Shown one piece after another: positions 13,201 to 26,297 of a DNA stretch of 64,000 bases (its first letter is position 1; each line of letters starts with the position of its first letter). Location of the stretch: the NCBI RefSeq assembly GCF_003704095.1, contig NW_020844266.1, positions 124,001 through 188,000 on the forward strand. Direction: 5' to 3'. This DNA is from Pocillopora damicornis (Eukaryota). Made by a program: the position numbers and the translations under genes. The notes under the pieces were generated by a model. That model was given only the letters and a program-made list of their open reading frames with translations. It was not told the DNA's origin and searched no databases.

Positions 13201-16200
13201 ATGTTTTCTATTAAAGCTCTGACCTCCCCTCGCTTGTCACACTTCCTGTATTGACTGGTAAAAAGCTTCAGGTTACACCCTTCTAGTTGCTTACTTTTGC
13301 ATCTCCCTCCGACACGAATGATCTCTTCCTTAGGAAGGAACTCCAATACTTTCTCCAAAAACTGATCCAAAGCGTGGTTAGTGTAACAGACCATAAGCAT
13401 TGGCGAAACTTTATCTGGGTCCCAGGCCTCTCGGTTCTCAAGTAAGCATCGCACAATTTTTGCCCCGACGTACGTCTTTCCAGTTCCAGGAGGACCCTGA
13501 ATTACTGAAAACTCAGTTGAAAGTGCCATTTTTAAGGCTTCAAGCTGAGAATCGTTAAGAGGAAGAGTCTCGACAGGCGGCCAAGCGTCAAGGTGTAGGA
13601 CAGGAACTCTCCTTGCTTCTGTTGCGTGTGGAACATTCAGGGCCAGTGTAAGATCGTAACACACCGGCTCTTGAGTATCCTCGCGTCTCAGGTACTCTGG
13701 TGGATCAACCTCCTCGCAGCTTTCAACTAGGTATTTCTTGAATGGTAAAGTGGTTTCATCTAATTCCTTTAGCCCTTTAAGAACATGACAATATGCTTCA
13801 TAATAAGCTGGCGATTCAACCATTTGATAATCAAAGTTGCGGTTTTCGATCCCAAAGATGTCCTGTTCTTCTAGGAATCGAATGTCAATTTTTCCGGTTA
13901 TCAGTTCCTCTGGATCTCTGTTACAAACCGTGGCGAAAAGCATGGTCTCAAAGTTGTCTTTGGAAAGGCAAAGGAATGAACCAAAGATGAGTCGTTTCGA
14001 GTGCGCCCACCTCCTGGTATTGAACCTGGAGATATCAAATTGTACTTCATAAGAAACTCCAGACGGCGTGAACGTCTTTCTGACGATTTGTACTCCTGTA
14101 TAATATCTCATTAATTGATTGCGCATTTTCCTTGGTACGTTTTGGACAATCTCGTAAATTCCTTCTCTAAGAGGCTCAAGAAAATCTTCTCTGAGCAATC
14201 GAAACTGTACATCGAGATAGTGCTCAGCGTCTTCGTACCTCCCCTTAGTTATATTCTTCCGCAAGAAAGGGCGTTCTTGGGTTGTGATTTCTTTGGTACT
14301 AGGGCAAACTGGTAGGTCTCTAAAGTTGTTTGGGGGTTTTTGTCCCCCTTTGTTGATGTAGCGCTTTCCATGCTTCTGCCTGTTGGCTCTTATGATGTCA
14401 TCTCTGGCTTGCTTAAATGCCTGTAACTGTCTCTGTAGTTCCTCTTTACTGACGCTGTTGGACTGATCCAATGTTCTTTTTAATTGATCGTAAGGTAGGT
14501 CAGCATACGAACTAGGCATATGTCTCAGATAATTCATGAACACTGTAATAAGCCAGTGGAAAAGTCCTCCATGGACGTCTTGATCATTCAAAACCAATGA
14601 TCCCTGCAGGCGATCTAACAACCGCGGAATCTTCGAGGTTAAGAATACTGAACCCTTTAGCGCAGCTAAAATCCTGTTGGTATTCTCACCTGTCGGTGCA
14701 TTACCAGCTATTGCTAAAGTACAAATGAGATCTATAATGAACTCATCACTATTGTGCTCTTCCTCTTGTGATCTTAGAAAAAACTTAAGACCAGGCATTC
14801 TCTGATTTAAGGTATTCACCACCTCATTTGGATCCTTCTTTTTCAATGCTTTTAGATCTATTGAAAAAAATTTTCCAGGGAATATTCCACGTGGATGAGA
14901 CTGTGTTGTAGGCTTTGATACTATGCTGGGATCTCTTTTCATGGGTTGTGGTCTCCATGGTTGTTGTGCTTGATTTCTATCTGTATTGCAAGAAGTGAGT
15001 TTCAAGCGTGACTGTTTTTGCAAGATTAATCATACGTTTTGAATCAACCTTTCGTAGCTTTCCTTAGCGTAATCGACGTGAAATTTAACTTGTCTATGTT
15101 TTAGACTGGCATTTGTCGTAATTTTTGTCTGAAAATAAAATCAATTTCCCCAAAATGATAAAAAACGAAGCTAGAAATTTCATTAACACCGACCGAAGCA
15201 AAGCGTCGAATATCGGTCGGTCGAGAACTTTGTTATGTGGCGTGTAAAATATAGTAGAATGGAAGAATCATCTTTTTTTAGTCCCATATTTCCAACCTTT
15301 GTGTTTTAAATACTTTTATCGATGGAATAACCACAAAACGATTGTAAAATATGCCATAAAATTTCTGTTAGTAACCATGACAATTGTGGCGAACTTACGA
15401 ACAGTACCAAGGCTTTTTCCTCTGACCATCCGAACTCGATTCCTTCCTTTTCCTCATCTTAACACGTTTAAATTCAGGTATAAGAATACGGTTGAAGAGG
15501 TATACAACGTTAACTCGCCTTTCGAGCTCCGAGAGCGCGAGTCACTTTGCAATTTGTCAACAAATGACCTTGAATATCGAAACTTAAGTCATTTCCTACA
15601 GTCTTAGCAAAAACCTCTTTTACCCACGTGACCCCCTTTTAAAATCCTCGATATATTCACCTGAGCGTTTCTCTTTCCTACTCGATGAATCCGTTTGATA
15701 TTCCTTAGATGCGCCTCTTCCGCGCCCACCTTGACTCTTCTTTTGTTGATTTTTCAAAGTTTGATCTGAAAAGGAAATTTGGTTTTATTTCATCACCGAA
15801 ACATTTCATAGTTTAGACGTATTGAAGGTAAGCAATCATAATGTTTCTAAAAACGCAATAAAGAGTCACTGATTTAATTTTGTCATCTGTGTCTTTTGTC
15901 GTGGACAGTCCAAAGATTAAAGAAAACGTCGTAACTTTTTTTTCTCTCTTTAAAAAGTTTTTATTAGTAAGAAGCAACACAAAAAACCCTCTATAAGTTC
16001 AATACCTTCTGCATGTTTTGGCGGTATCGTATCGGCTGACGGACCATTTGAAGGCGAAAACTGCTTTCCAGTTCCCGTTTTCTTTTGTGCTCCCCATTGA
16101 TGAGCGGCCGTGTCTACAAAAACGTATTAAATATTTAGTAGTTTACCTCCAGATAGGCTGATTCCAGTTTTCCTCTCTTAAAAAACAAGCTACAGTTGCA

Positions 16201-18076
16201 TTCATGCATTTAGATATTGTTACACGTTTGATGTTCTAACGGTTAGCAGAATACTTTACCTAACTTACTTAATAATAAGGCTGGACTATGATCAAGTCTT
16301 GGCTTTTGTAATAAATTCATTTCAATGGCTAAACTTCCTTGCTCTTAACTAACGTTTTGATTTAAACATTTAAACATACCTTCACCAGCCCCTTCTTTGC
16401 AGCGATATTGACCCTTAAATCCTTCTTTCTTATCCCTCCAATGTTTTATTTTGATTCGGCCTCTCTGGTCTCGCTTGACGCTCTTTAAATTACCATCTGA
16501 AATCAAGATACAACACTCATTTCATCCCTGGATGACTTACACTGGACCGTACAGAAAGCAAGCGGAGCCGAACAAAATAATCAAAGAAAATTTAAACACT
16601 TTTTAGTAGCTATTCGTAAAACCTAATGGCAAACCGCTAATACGATCAGCGGGTATGCTTAGCCATCTTGAAAGCAATGAATAAACAAATTAATGAACAA
16701 TGTGTAGGTTTGAATGAAATGAAGCTGGCAAGAGGTTAACTACAGAAGTTTATTTATTGATTAATTAATTTATTTGTTATGCTACATGGCACACGTTGAT
16801 ATGAAAAGCGATGTAAGCTAAATAGTCATGAGGATAATCTGTACAAAGGCCGAAACGCACCCTAAATAAAACTTGTAATAAATCCACCTGTAAGCAAAAC
16901 AACAAATCTACTTTTATTTACACAGTGGCAATTGTCCTGGCCCGCGTATGGCTTATTGTAATCTAGGCGGGCAAGTCTCCTTAAATCTAATTACAAAGAT
17001 TCATTATAATGATAATAGAAAATAAATTACAATAAGAAAATAAAAAAAATAGTAATCAAATACAAACGAGGGAAAAGAATGAGAACAAATTTACCACTAC
17101 CAAATAGTACTGTTCGAGGAATTTTTTTTGCGATCGATATTTCATTTTATAAAATCATTTTGGACAGGTGTTGATACAGCAATCTTGGGTAATCAAACCA
17201 AGACAAGGCAAGACATTTAAAAGCAAAACTACATGTTTCTGATAAAATTTACAGAAAATAGAATTGCTTGCATAATAAAAGACCCTCCGTTCTCGATATT
17301 AATGGACTTAACATAAGGAAAGAGCGAATATCTAACAGGAAAGAATTCTACATTTGAACAAAGAAATTTAAAAAGTTAAAGTTACAAACATTTGTCCGAG
17401 TGAAGTTCGTCTCAAATGAAAACTCATGAGGAAGACGCAAAAGTGGCAGTGCGTTTTTAAATAAGATTAAAGAACAAGGTTCAGTATCATTCTCTTTGGT
17501 TACAGGACAAAAGAACATCCTTGAAAGCTGTTGGAGGTTTCCTGTTCTGTAACCACATAAGTATACCAACTATGACTTGAAACGAGGGGACTGCGGTATC
17601 GTTAAATCTACCAGGGGATTTTCCTGCTATGGTCACAATCATCTTAAAAATTACCTCCTACTTCATCCGCAGACGTTCCACATGCGCCCCCTTTTGGCTC
17701 ACACGCAGCAGGCTCTTCTGTTACCGGCTCTGTCCTTCCTTTTGTTTCCTCAGATTCTAAACGTGTCGACAGAGGTGTCAAACAGCTATTTGTAGAAGTA
17801 CATTACTTCTTTATGGGTTGGACAAATGATTTCATTGTACAAGTTTTAGAGTTTTAACTGTGTAGTCTAACATTCTTCCATTGGTGAAAGATTTGCATGT
17901 GGCTAGGCAAGAATGGGATTTACACAAGCATTATCTTTACAGCTGTGAACAAATTCACATTTTCTTACAAAATGTGTTTTTTTGTTTTACGTTTTAGTCT
18001 GTTTGACCTCATAAGATTCATAAATACGGCAAATACCTTTAGAATCATTGCGCCGTCGTCCTTTATGCCACGGCAT
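7245..18076 (-). CDS. ZNFX1: NFX1-type zinc finger-containing protein 1-like (paralog A), about 2735 aa
   Basis: Main exon 7245-14980 (acceptor cttgcaatacag) encodes YLDVQFRLLREDF, Walker A QGPPGTGKT, CYTNHALDQFLE, IIEEAAE, LIGDHKQLRP, QHRMRPEI, VDNFQGEE, VALSRAR, about 33 C-x-H finger units, a DCGH...CPKC RING-like module and a C-terminal CxxGH...CxxC. Predicted upstream exons: 18037-18076 (MPWHKGRRRNDSKG), 17655-17756, 16380-16496, 16006-16113, 15661-15765, all open and phase-compatible. Confidence 0.95.
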
Positions 18077-19479
18077 TGTGGTGAGTGAGGAGATGAAAGC
18101 TATTACTTCGTAGGTACTCAGTAAAGCATCTTATTGTGAAGATGTTATGGTCTTCGCATTTGATCCAATGTTTTTCTTTCTTGCTGTTTCTGTCGGAAGA
18201 AAAGTACGTCGGAGTACATTATGTGATGTGCACAGTTTACCCACAAATTAATTCAGAAGTGGAATTTAACAGATTCGAGAGGGAAGCAATATTGCCACCA
18301 AAGATAACTGACAATTTAGGAGGCCAGTATTAAATGATACGTACGCACTAAACGCGCCCTAAGTGTTATCAGCAACATATAAACAAGATGAGAATGTTTG
18401 ATATTTCAGACTCCGTCTAAATATTGTGTGGGAACGTATGTCTCTGGAATATTTGAGAGACAATGATGACCAAAATTGGAAACAAAATCCCCCTTGAAAA
18501 GTATTTTTGAATCTAGATTTCTCCGTTGAACGCAATGAACTGTTCACATACATTCAAAGAAACTTTTACAACAAACATTAATTAGTGTTGAAAAGATTTA
18601 GCAAACAGCTCTAATAGAAAGTAAAGTAAATTCAGTTTGTATTTTGTAGGTTTAATTGTAAATTTTATGCTCAGTTCCAAATCTATATTTGATTTCGTGT
18701 TATCATATTACGAATAATGGCAGGCTTAATATTACCGTTTCTGTTTCGAGGTGCAATTCTCTTTTGATCACTCGTTTTTTTAAGTTCCTTCGGTAGCTCT
18801 GGGGTATAGATGAAAGAAAATGTCGGGCTAGGCTGTTCGGGTACTTGGACTGACACTTCGTTAATTATTATTAAAATACTGGCTGTTTCATTCAAGTGTT
18901 TCGATCTAGAAAAATCGACATAAAAGTTGAAACGTCATGTGCCGCTAACTTCTATCGAAAACTTACTGGACCGACACATACTCATACACGAACATTAGAA
19001 GCGGCTATATGGTGATCTGATACGATATAAATGGGGAGAGAGTGTGTAGAAAGCTTAGAGTATAAGCTGCGTTCTGTGAATTTGGCGATTAAAGTGGCCA
19101 TTTTGGTTTCGCAACAAAAAAGTCGTGCTTGGATGAATTCGGGAAATGTAATCAGGGTGAATGCTGCAGTTTATGTTAGAAGTAGTTGGTAAATATTGAG
19201 GGGCAATGGCGAAGCGACAGTGTTGTGATAAATCGGATTTCATGCCTTTTTTGTTTAACTAGCAATGGAAGAAGCAACGATTTTAGACAGAGCTATTCTA
19301 AAATTATTTAACAGATAACCTCCCATTTAGGTGGGAGATTTTTGTTGATTCATGTTAACCATAAAAATTGAGCGTCGTCACTGCAGGAGGATCCTTCTCT
19401 GCCGCAAAGAAAGTGACTGAATTTCTTCTTTCATGTAAATTCTAAAGCCAACAGCTAAACGGTAAAGCTGGCAGAGTTC

Positions 19480-20649
19480 AAGACGAATGCATTTCCCCTA
19501 CCTTAACTCACTAACACATCCAGACCTGAAATTTGGCTTCCAGACCTGAAATTTGGCTTCCAGACCTGAAATTTGGCTTCCGAGAGAGCCAGTCTTGTCT
19601 TTCTACCCTATTCAGATTCTTGTGAAAAGTTTCCAATACTGCAGAGGTCTTCAAATTGTTTGTTTTTTCAAATAATAAACTTGTTGCCCTAATGTTCGAA
19701 AATTCATCTATTCATACTGAGATAAATGTATTTCTAATAAGGGGTTTTGGAAAAGGAGGAATGGACAACGGAGCGACACAGGCACTGATCAATTTCCATC
19801 ACAACATCAGTAAAACATAATGAAGTGTGAACGAAATAGATGACTTTGGAACTTAAGAATGAACATCACTTAATTTTTATGAGCGGACTGAAATTGTAAA
19901 AGCAATTTGAACTGAATGATCACACTAGCTTCCAATTCAGTCTTAAGGGTTTTTCGAAAACGGGTCGTCCTTAGAATAACGATGATCCGAAAACACTCCT
20001 ACGCGCCACGTGACGAGATAACCTTTACAAAAAAATATGAACTTTTCAACATTAGGCTAAACAATAGGAAATACGATATATATTTGACTTGGCGGCTGCT
20101 TTGATAAATTGCTCCTTCTCGTCCCACAAAACAGTCCAATAACTATTATGATATGGTTTCGGATCGAGTGAAAAAAACTCAAACTTGTTTGTTTGGTGAA
20201 GACGTAATTGAGAGACATTTCTTCACATTTTTCGCGACCTGTGTTTCTTTTAAGTGTTTTTATTTTTAATATTCCGCGAATCCATTGACTTAATCCTTCC
20301 CATTCTGATCAATCCAGTAGATCTTTTTCCAGACGCTTTTGTGAAATTGGCCAATTACACATCGTTCTGCAACGGTGACGGCTCTTGAGACTTACACTTC
20401 CTCCTTTTCCGAGAAACGGTACACAATACGGTTGACAGACTTCGCTGACGATTTAATTCGCTCTCGAAATCCTGATGTTATGCTGATATTTCCCTAAGTC
20501 ATTGCTTCTAAACTGGAAATGTAATATTCACTACGAAAGGAGTATCTAGTGTCATGGATGACGATCGTTTTGCCGTAATGGTTGGAAAAAAAGGTAGACC
20601 TCCAAACAGAAATACACGAGAAGTCGATTCTACGGAAACATCAGCATAA
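19480..20649 (+). pseudogene. Degenerate duplicate of the C/D bidirectional promoter and D exon 1
   Basis: Collinear similarity to about 57920-59044: ggaatggacaacgga, CCAAT box, cacttcctccttttcc, (c/t)tcgaaatc, tatct(a/t)gtgtcATGGAT, GRPPN codons. The small ORF 20554-20649 (MDDDRFAVMVGKKGRPPNRN...) has lost the splice donor and the RG repeat. Confidence 0.75.
19521..19580. repeat. Perfect 20-bp tandem triplication
   Basis: cagacctgaaatttggcttc x3. Confidence 0.95.
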
Positions 20650-20750
20650 AAACTCTTTTCTTTACATGGCCAATTTACATTATCAACTCATTTTATCTTG
20701 TTATGCCCCCACAGAAGCAAGAACACTGTTTCTTTAGAAATTTGCCCCCC
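20633..20750. mobile_element. Decayed fragment of the Penelope-like repeat family also present at 25155-25400
   Basis: gaaacatcagc...ggccaatttacattatcaactca...gtttctttagaaatttgccccc matches the reverse complement of 25155-25290. Confidence 0.55.
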
Positions 20751-22181
20751 TGGAGTATTCTCAATTGCATATATATATAGTAGTATGTCTCTTAGCCATT
20801 ATTGAAATCATATATTGTAACTACAAAAGTAAGTTTCTGAAAGGCTTGAGGTCCTGTTGGGGTGAAGTGTGAACTTTTTGTGGGAGTGGAAATCAATGTG
20901 AAGCTGAGCAGTTTACTGATAAGAACCCAATTTTAATTGAATTGGTATTCCAACAACATAAAGAATAGACATCTCTGTGAGACTCCAAGAACAAGCTTGT
21001 GTAACATAGCTTGTTTTATGAAGCCTCACAGCTGTATGTATGTTGACAAGTACGTTTTTCTTGGTTTTTCATACTTAAGAAAACATTTGGACTGAAACAC
21101 CCCTTTCATCTGTGGAAAAATGTTGAACATTTTTTGTCAGCTCTTCATAAAAGGACCTCATGCATTGTATTTCACAAAAATAATTGGGATTAATGTTTTT
21201 TTAACTATGCAAAATTAAACTGAACTGGAAATTTCTACACCTTTTTTCTGTGGACTCTGATGTTGGGTAAAGTTGTTATGTGTCAAAAATTCATCATTGT
21301 GTCAATCGTTTGATTTTAAATTGGATAATCAATTAGACTTGATCTGTTTAAATGGAAAGCTTACTCTTGTTTCTTATGTTTATCCTTGGGTAATACTCTT
21401 ACCATTGGTTATTCCTTTTCAATTAAAGCTTGTGTATTAAGGTACACAGAAATTGGACAAACTTATGTCAAAACAATTGTGGGTGATAATTGGAAAGGAA
21501 AAATATCAAATGTACATGTGTACTTATGAGTTGAGTGATTTATTTAACCTCCACATCATAACACCTGACCTTTATATGTAATGTGGTTGTAATAACTTAG
21601 TCCTTTGAATTTTACTTACAGTGATGTAAAATATTATAGGCATAAAAATTATTTTCTGCTACCATGGATTGCTAATGTGCCTCATAGTTTTTTATCTCAT
21701 TCTTAAATTGCTCACTTTTCAGGTAGTATAAAGGCCTTTTTGAAGGTTAGTGGTATATCTCAAAAGCTCTCCTAGATGAATGATTCAAAAATTGTTGTTC
21801 TATTTAGTTGGACGCTACACTTTTGGGGAAAGAAAGTGATAGTCTTTTTTGGAATCTTTTATTGGGTTGACATTTGTCGCCAATCAATGCGGAGTGCATG
21901 GGAGCCTAAGCAACCAGAACATCTGTCAGTTATCTGCTGTTGTGGAATTTCATGAGTATAGATATAGAGTATCAAATTTCTGTGATACTGTCTTTAATTA
22001 AGAGAAATTTTCCAGTTTGCTTTGTAGCTATCCATTTTTGATGGACTGTTAACTGATTGGTGAAAAATTAAATATTTTTTAATGCAGATGTGTTGTCTGT
22101 GATTTCTTTTCATTATTATTAGGAGTCCAGGTTACACATAAATGTACAATCACACATAGAGGGGATGGCCAACAGTTGAAG

Positions 22182-22355
22182 TTAACCCTTTCATGCACTC
22201 CCAAGATCTCATCAGTATGGAGAATTTGGTATTGGATCAACTAATAATCCTCTAATTGATATTTTTCTTTATTCTCATCACTTTCTGCTTGATACTATAT
22301 TGACGTTTTTAGGAGAAAATCTGTCTTGGTCACTCATGGGAGGTTAAGGGGTTAA
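22182..22355. mobile_element. TTAA-flanked MITE (piggyBac-like CCC...GGG ends)
   Basis: ttaaccctttca...ctcccaagatct at the left end, atgggaggttaaggggttaa at the right; related to 60219-60430. Confidence 0.65.
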
Positions 22356-23263
22356 ATTGATATCCAATATGGTAAACGCCTAGATGAATTACAAAACCAA
22401 GAATATCGCTGTTTCTGATGCCGTCTACATCACAAAGAAATATTGTGTTTTATGACTGGTAAGTCAAACTGTATAATATTATGTACAAAAGGTCAATTTA
22501 ACATTATGTTAGCATGTACAAGTCCTATTTCACATAAATAGTTTTCACTTGAAGTTACCCTTCCACCCCTGCCCTTGTCCCCAGAGGTTGAAAGCCCAAT
22601 CAAAAATTTTATACTCCATGGTAAAAGTAAAATATAATGTTCAGTGTTGAATTACTCTGCCCAGTCCTATGCAATTGAAGAGTTGATGTCTGGAAGATTT
22701 TGATTTTCCAAAGAAATATATCTTCATTTGCTTCAAATTGTAGCTTGAAGATTTTTCAGGAATAACTTAAGCAGAGTGTTATTGATTAAAGTAATAAAAA
22801 TTGAAATGGTACATTTCCTTTGTTGTATATATGTATTTTGTGCTGCTCAACATTGAAATTGCAAGAAATAGTTTCTAGCAGAAGTTAAATTCATTATGAA
22901 CTGCAAGAACTAAGAGAATTGATCATATACAAAATATACACATTTAGCTTAGCCAAAAAGTGCTGCTTGAGTTGGTTAATTTTAACTGCCCTTCATGTTT
23001 TTTTAGAGTTATATTGTAAGTGGGTTATATTGTAGTAAAAAGGGTGGACAGAGACTGGTAAGAACCTGATATCAGTAACGCTCTGATTGTCTGGGAACTA
23101 TAGTCCACAGAGGGACTGTTAGTGGTGATAGTATCATTTGTTTTATTAATGGAAGTCATCCATTGACTCCACTCGAGGTACTGCAGTGTTTGTCACTGAA
23201 ATCAACAACAGTCCTTTTCAGGACTAATACGTATTCAGCCAATCACTTGGTGAAGGGAATACT

Positions 23264-23487
23264 TTAACAATTTAACTCCTAGGGGTGACTGGAACCTACC
23301 GGTAATTTCTCCCTACAATATAACCCCTGGATCATGAATTAAGGTCATAAGAATAAAGTAAATGATCATCAACCAAATTTAAGAGGCACTTGATTATTAA
23401 ACAAATTATACTTGTCAGCATCTTAGGAAATATAAAGTCAACAGAACTGAGAATAAGATGCATACTGATGTTAGGGTGAAAAAGGTT
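23264..23487. mobile_element. Degenerate TTAA-type MITE, same family as 30369-30578
   Basis: Shares taatttctcc(c/t)taca, aagatcat/aaggtcat...gaataaag and atactgatgttagggtg with the 30.4-kb copy. Confidence 0.55.
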
Positions 23488-24099
23488 CCTAGCCCCTATA
23501 GGTTCTAGGAGAATTACTAAAGCTACTTGTTGAAATACAAACAGTTTAATGCAACTATGATTGCATAAATTGGAAAAATGTTCAACTGATTTTTAGGTGG
23601 TTAATCTTGCATGAGCTTCTTCATTTCTTCTGGTTTTTGTGTTCAATGCCCTGATGTTGACCTTGTTTGTGAAGTCTCTTAGAGCATCATCTTCTTCGGC
23701 TACAGCAACGCAGTTACCAATACAGTCTCAAATTTTGTTTGCACTGCAAGTATTTGTCGACAAAGAGCTGAATCATTACTACTGCTGTTGCCATGGTCAC
23801 TTGAACAAAATGAAGCCATCACATTTTACTAGATGGGCACTGATTAAAATTAATTGTGCCATGTGAAGAACCATTACAAGCAAAGAGGACAAATATGTTC
23901 ATTTTGAGTAGAAGGCTTCAGCCATATTTACTGCAACTGAATTCTTGCAAAGTTGTTGATTGTTTTATTTTTGAATTCACTTTAATGACTAGTATTACTT
24001 TAATCACTAGTATTACAAGGAGACTGGATGTAGAACTTAACTGAGATTGGAATTAGAAAGATGGAAAGTTTCCCCTACCAGAAACAATTTAAGGCTACT

Positions 24100-24317
24100 A
24101 TAGACCATTTTACAGTCGTGTACTTGGTTGCCAAGCCTTTGAACAGGAATGAGGCTAAGGGTGACCTTGTTATGATACAAACCTTGCTACTTTTCAAATG
24201 CAAATTACTTTGTTATCATGCTAACTAGATACTGGTCTCTATCACAACAAGGTCACCTTCAGCCTCACTCCAAATCAAAGGCTTGGCAACAAAGTACATA
24301 ACTGTAAAATGGCCTAT
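24100..24317. mobile_element. Foldback MITE, nearly palindromic over its full length
   Basis: atagaccattttacagtcgtgtacttggttgccaagcctttga pairs with tcaaaggcttggcaacaaagtacataactgtaaaatggcctat; the inner arms also pair. Confidence 0.8.
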
Positions 24318-25154
24318 TGTAAAGAGAATTAAAGAAGAACAGTCAAACAACACTTTGTATTCCCAACAAGTCTCCACATTTTTATAAATGGGCAGCCAAA
24401 TTGTATTGTGGAAATTGCAACTTAACATTAATTTTCAAGACCAAACTTAAAGCAAGACAAAATTATAGAAGAAACTTCTTGGTAATAACTTGAAATAAGT
24501 TTGGAGTGGTCTTGTTAATGTAAGCCCACATTTTTAAACAATATTAGCTGTCTCCACCAACTGCATTCTAAATGTTCTGTTGCTATCCTTTATAGCAATT
24601 CATCATTTCCTTTAATAAGAACAACAAGGATAAAGTATCTACTCTTTCTGATGAGTTATTTTTAAGTTTGATACTAACTTTTTGCACACACCTTTGATAA
24701 TAGTGCTAGTCAGGCAGGCCTGGCTAGTCAGCCATGCTGTGCCCCCTTAACTGCAATAGAAGAACTGTTATAGAAAGGGTTAAGGAATCCATCTGAAAAA
24801 GGCAATTTGTTAAAGTGGAGTGGCATTCTCATATAGCTTTACAGTTGTTAAAGTCAAGTTGAGGGGATTGTCTATCAAGGTGCGGATAATGTTTCAGGAA
24901 AAAAAGTTAGAATTTTGAATTAGAAGGGCACATATGTGGTGACTCTTAGTCCTTTGTAGTCAAACTGCAATTCAGAGTTTTGGTTGTTGTGTAATGAAGA
25001 AAAACAAGAGATTTTTGGTCAAAAAGTTTTGGTTTATGGACGAGAAACAACAACATACCAAATTCCATGAGCCAAGGCTCAGCATTGACATCAGGAGGCA
25101 AGTGCACTATGCAAGGCAACCCTTCCTCTTCTTAATATGTAACTAGCTATCAGA

Positions 25155-25269
25155 ATAAAGGGGTAACTTTCTAAAGAAACTGTGGTGCTGCATCAGTGGG
25201 AGAGTATAGCAGGTAATTTAGTGTTAACAACTGAAGTGAAAACATAAATTAGCCACCGTAAAGGGTAAA

Positions 25270-25302
<33 letters not shown>

Positions 25303-25400
25303 ATCGCTCTGACAAAGGGCTAACGCTCAAAATGTCAGCTTTTTTACCCTTTATGTCGGCTAATTTACGTTTTCAACTCAGTTGTTAACACTAAATTACT
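25155..25400. mobile_element. Penelope-like terminal remnant forming an approximately 190-bp palindrome
   Basis: gtaatttagtgttaacaactga pairs with tcagttgttaacactaaattac. The core ctctgacaaagggctaacgctcaaaatgtcagc resembles a decayed CTGAnGA...GAAA hammerhead-type motif of the kind carried by Penelope-like elements. Confidence 0.6.
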
Positions 25401-25844
25401 AGCGATCAGAATACTTTATGATCTAGGAATATACCACTTGTTAGTACCAATGAGGAAAAGGTGGCCTTCTAAGAGTTTGTTGGTTGCTTTCTTGCATGAA
25501 TTTTCAATGACAACCAAAGGGCTAGAAGTTGCACATCTTGTTACAATGTTAAACCACCAACAGATACAGTGTATTTAAACAAAAAGAATTAAATCATGAC
25601 CTACAGGTCTTCAACAAAAAATACAAACTGCATGACAAAACTGACTATCGGAAATGCTAACTGTTCTTTCATTACAAAAACAGCTGAAGTCTTTTTGAGG
25701 AAAAAGAGAAACAAGTTCAAACTTCTCAAAAAGTATTTTGACATATTTTGTTGGTACGATTTAGTCCAAAATAAAAAGTTTTTTAGTGAAAACTAAGGAT
25801 TGTGATATAAAGAGTAATTTTTTATGTTGTCATAACTGTCATGT

Positions 25845-26297
25845 TACACCATTGCTTTTTCACCTTCATTGGCTCCTGATTAGTTACTGTGTAGAATTAA
25901 GATTCTTCTTTTGACATTTAAGTGTTTATATGGTCTAACTCCTAATTATTTAATGGAATTAATTAGCACCAAAAAGCGACCCAGGTACTCTCTTAGGTCA
26001 AAAAAGTCTTTGTTACTTGAGTTACCTAGTACTAAGACTCATCCAACCCTTGGTGATCGTGCATTCCAGTCAGCTGCACCTTATCTTTGGAATGCATTAC
26101 CTTTAACAATTCGCCACATAAAGACATTGGACACTTTCAAGACTACTGTTTAACTAATTTTTTTTAAATTTAGCCTTCAAATAGTTTCTTACATTTTTAG
26201 TTGCTTTTAACATAATTTTACTGTGACAATATTGTGAAATGCAACTGAATATATCCATATAGAGGTCTGCACTATATAAACGTAATTATTATTATAT
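25845..26297 (+). mobile_element. 3' fragment of an L2/CR1-group LINE
   Basis: LHWL...KILLLTFKCLYGLTPNYL...RYSLRS...GDRAFQSAAPYLWNALP...FKT is typical of the ORF2 C-terminus; ends in an (att)n-like tail. Confidence 0.8.

Noticed and set aside
7262-14315. Many short antisense and alternate-frame ORFs over A (likewise over B, C and D)
   Set aside because: Shadows of the long Cys/His-rich coding exons; no motifs and no conservation between paralogs.
14981-15023. TTG start assigned to A by the ORF track (likewise 38368 for B)
   Set aside because: Eukaryotic genes: conserved phase-1 acceptors at 14980, 38454 and 55042 join upstream ATG exons.
19521-19580. Direct repeats as a CRISPR array
   Set aside because: No spacers, no cas genes, eukaryotic context.
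25270-25345. Active hammerhead ribozyme in the palindrome
   Set aside because: The CTGAnGA and GAAA core positions are mutated in both arms.
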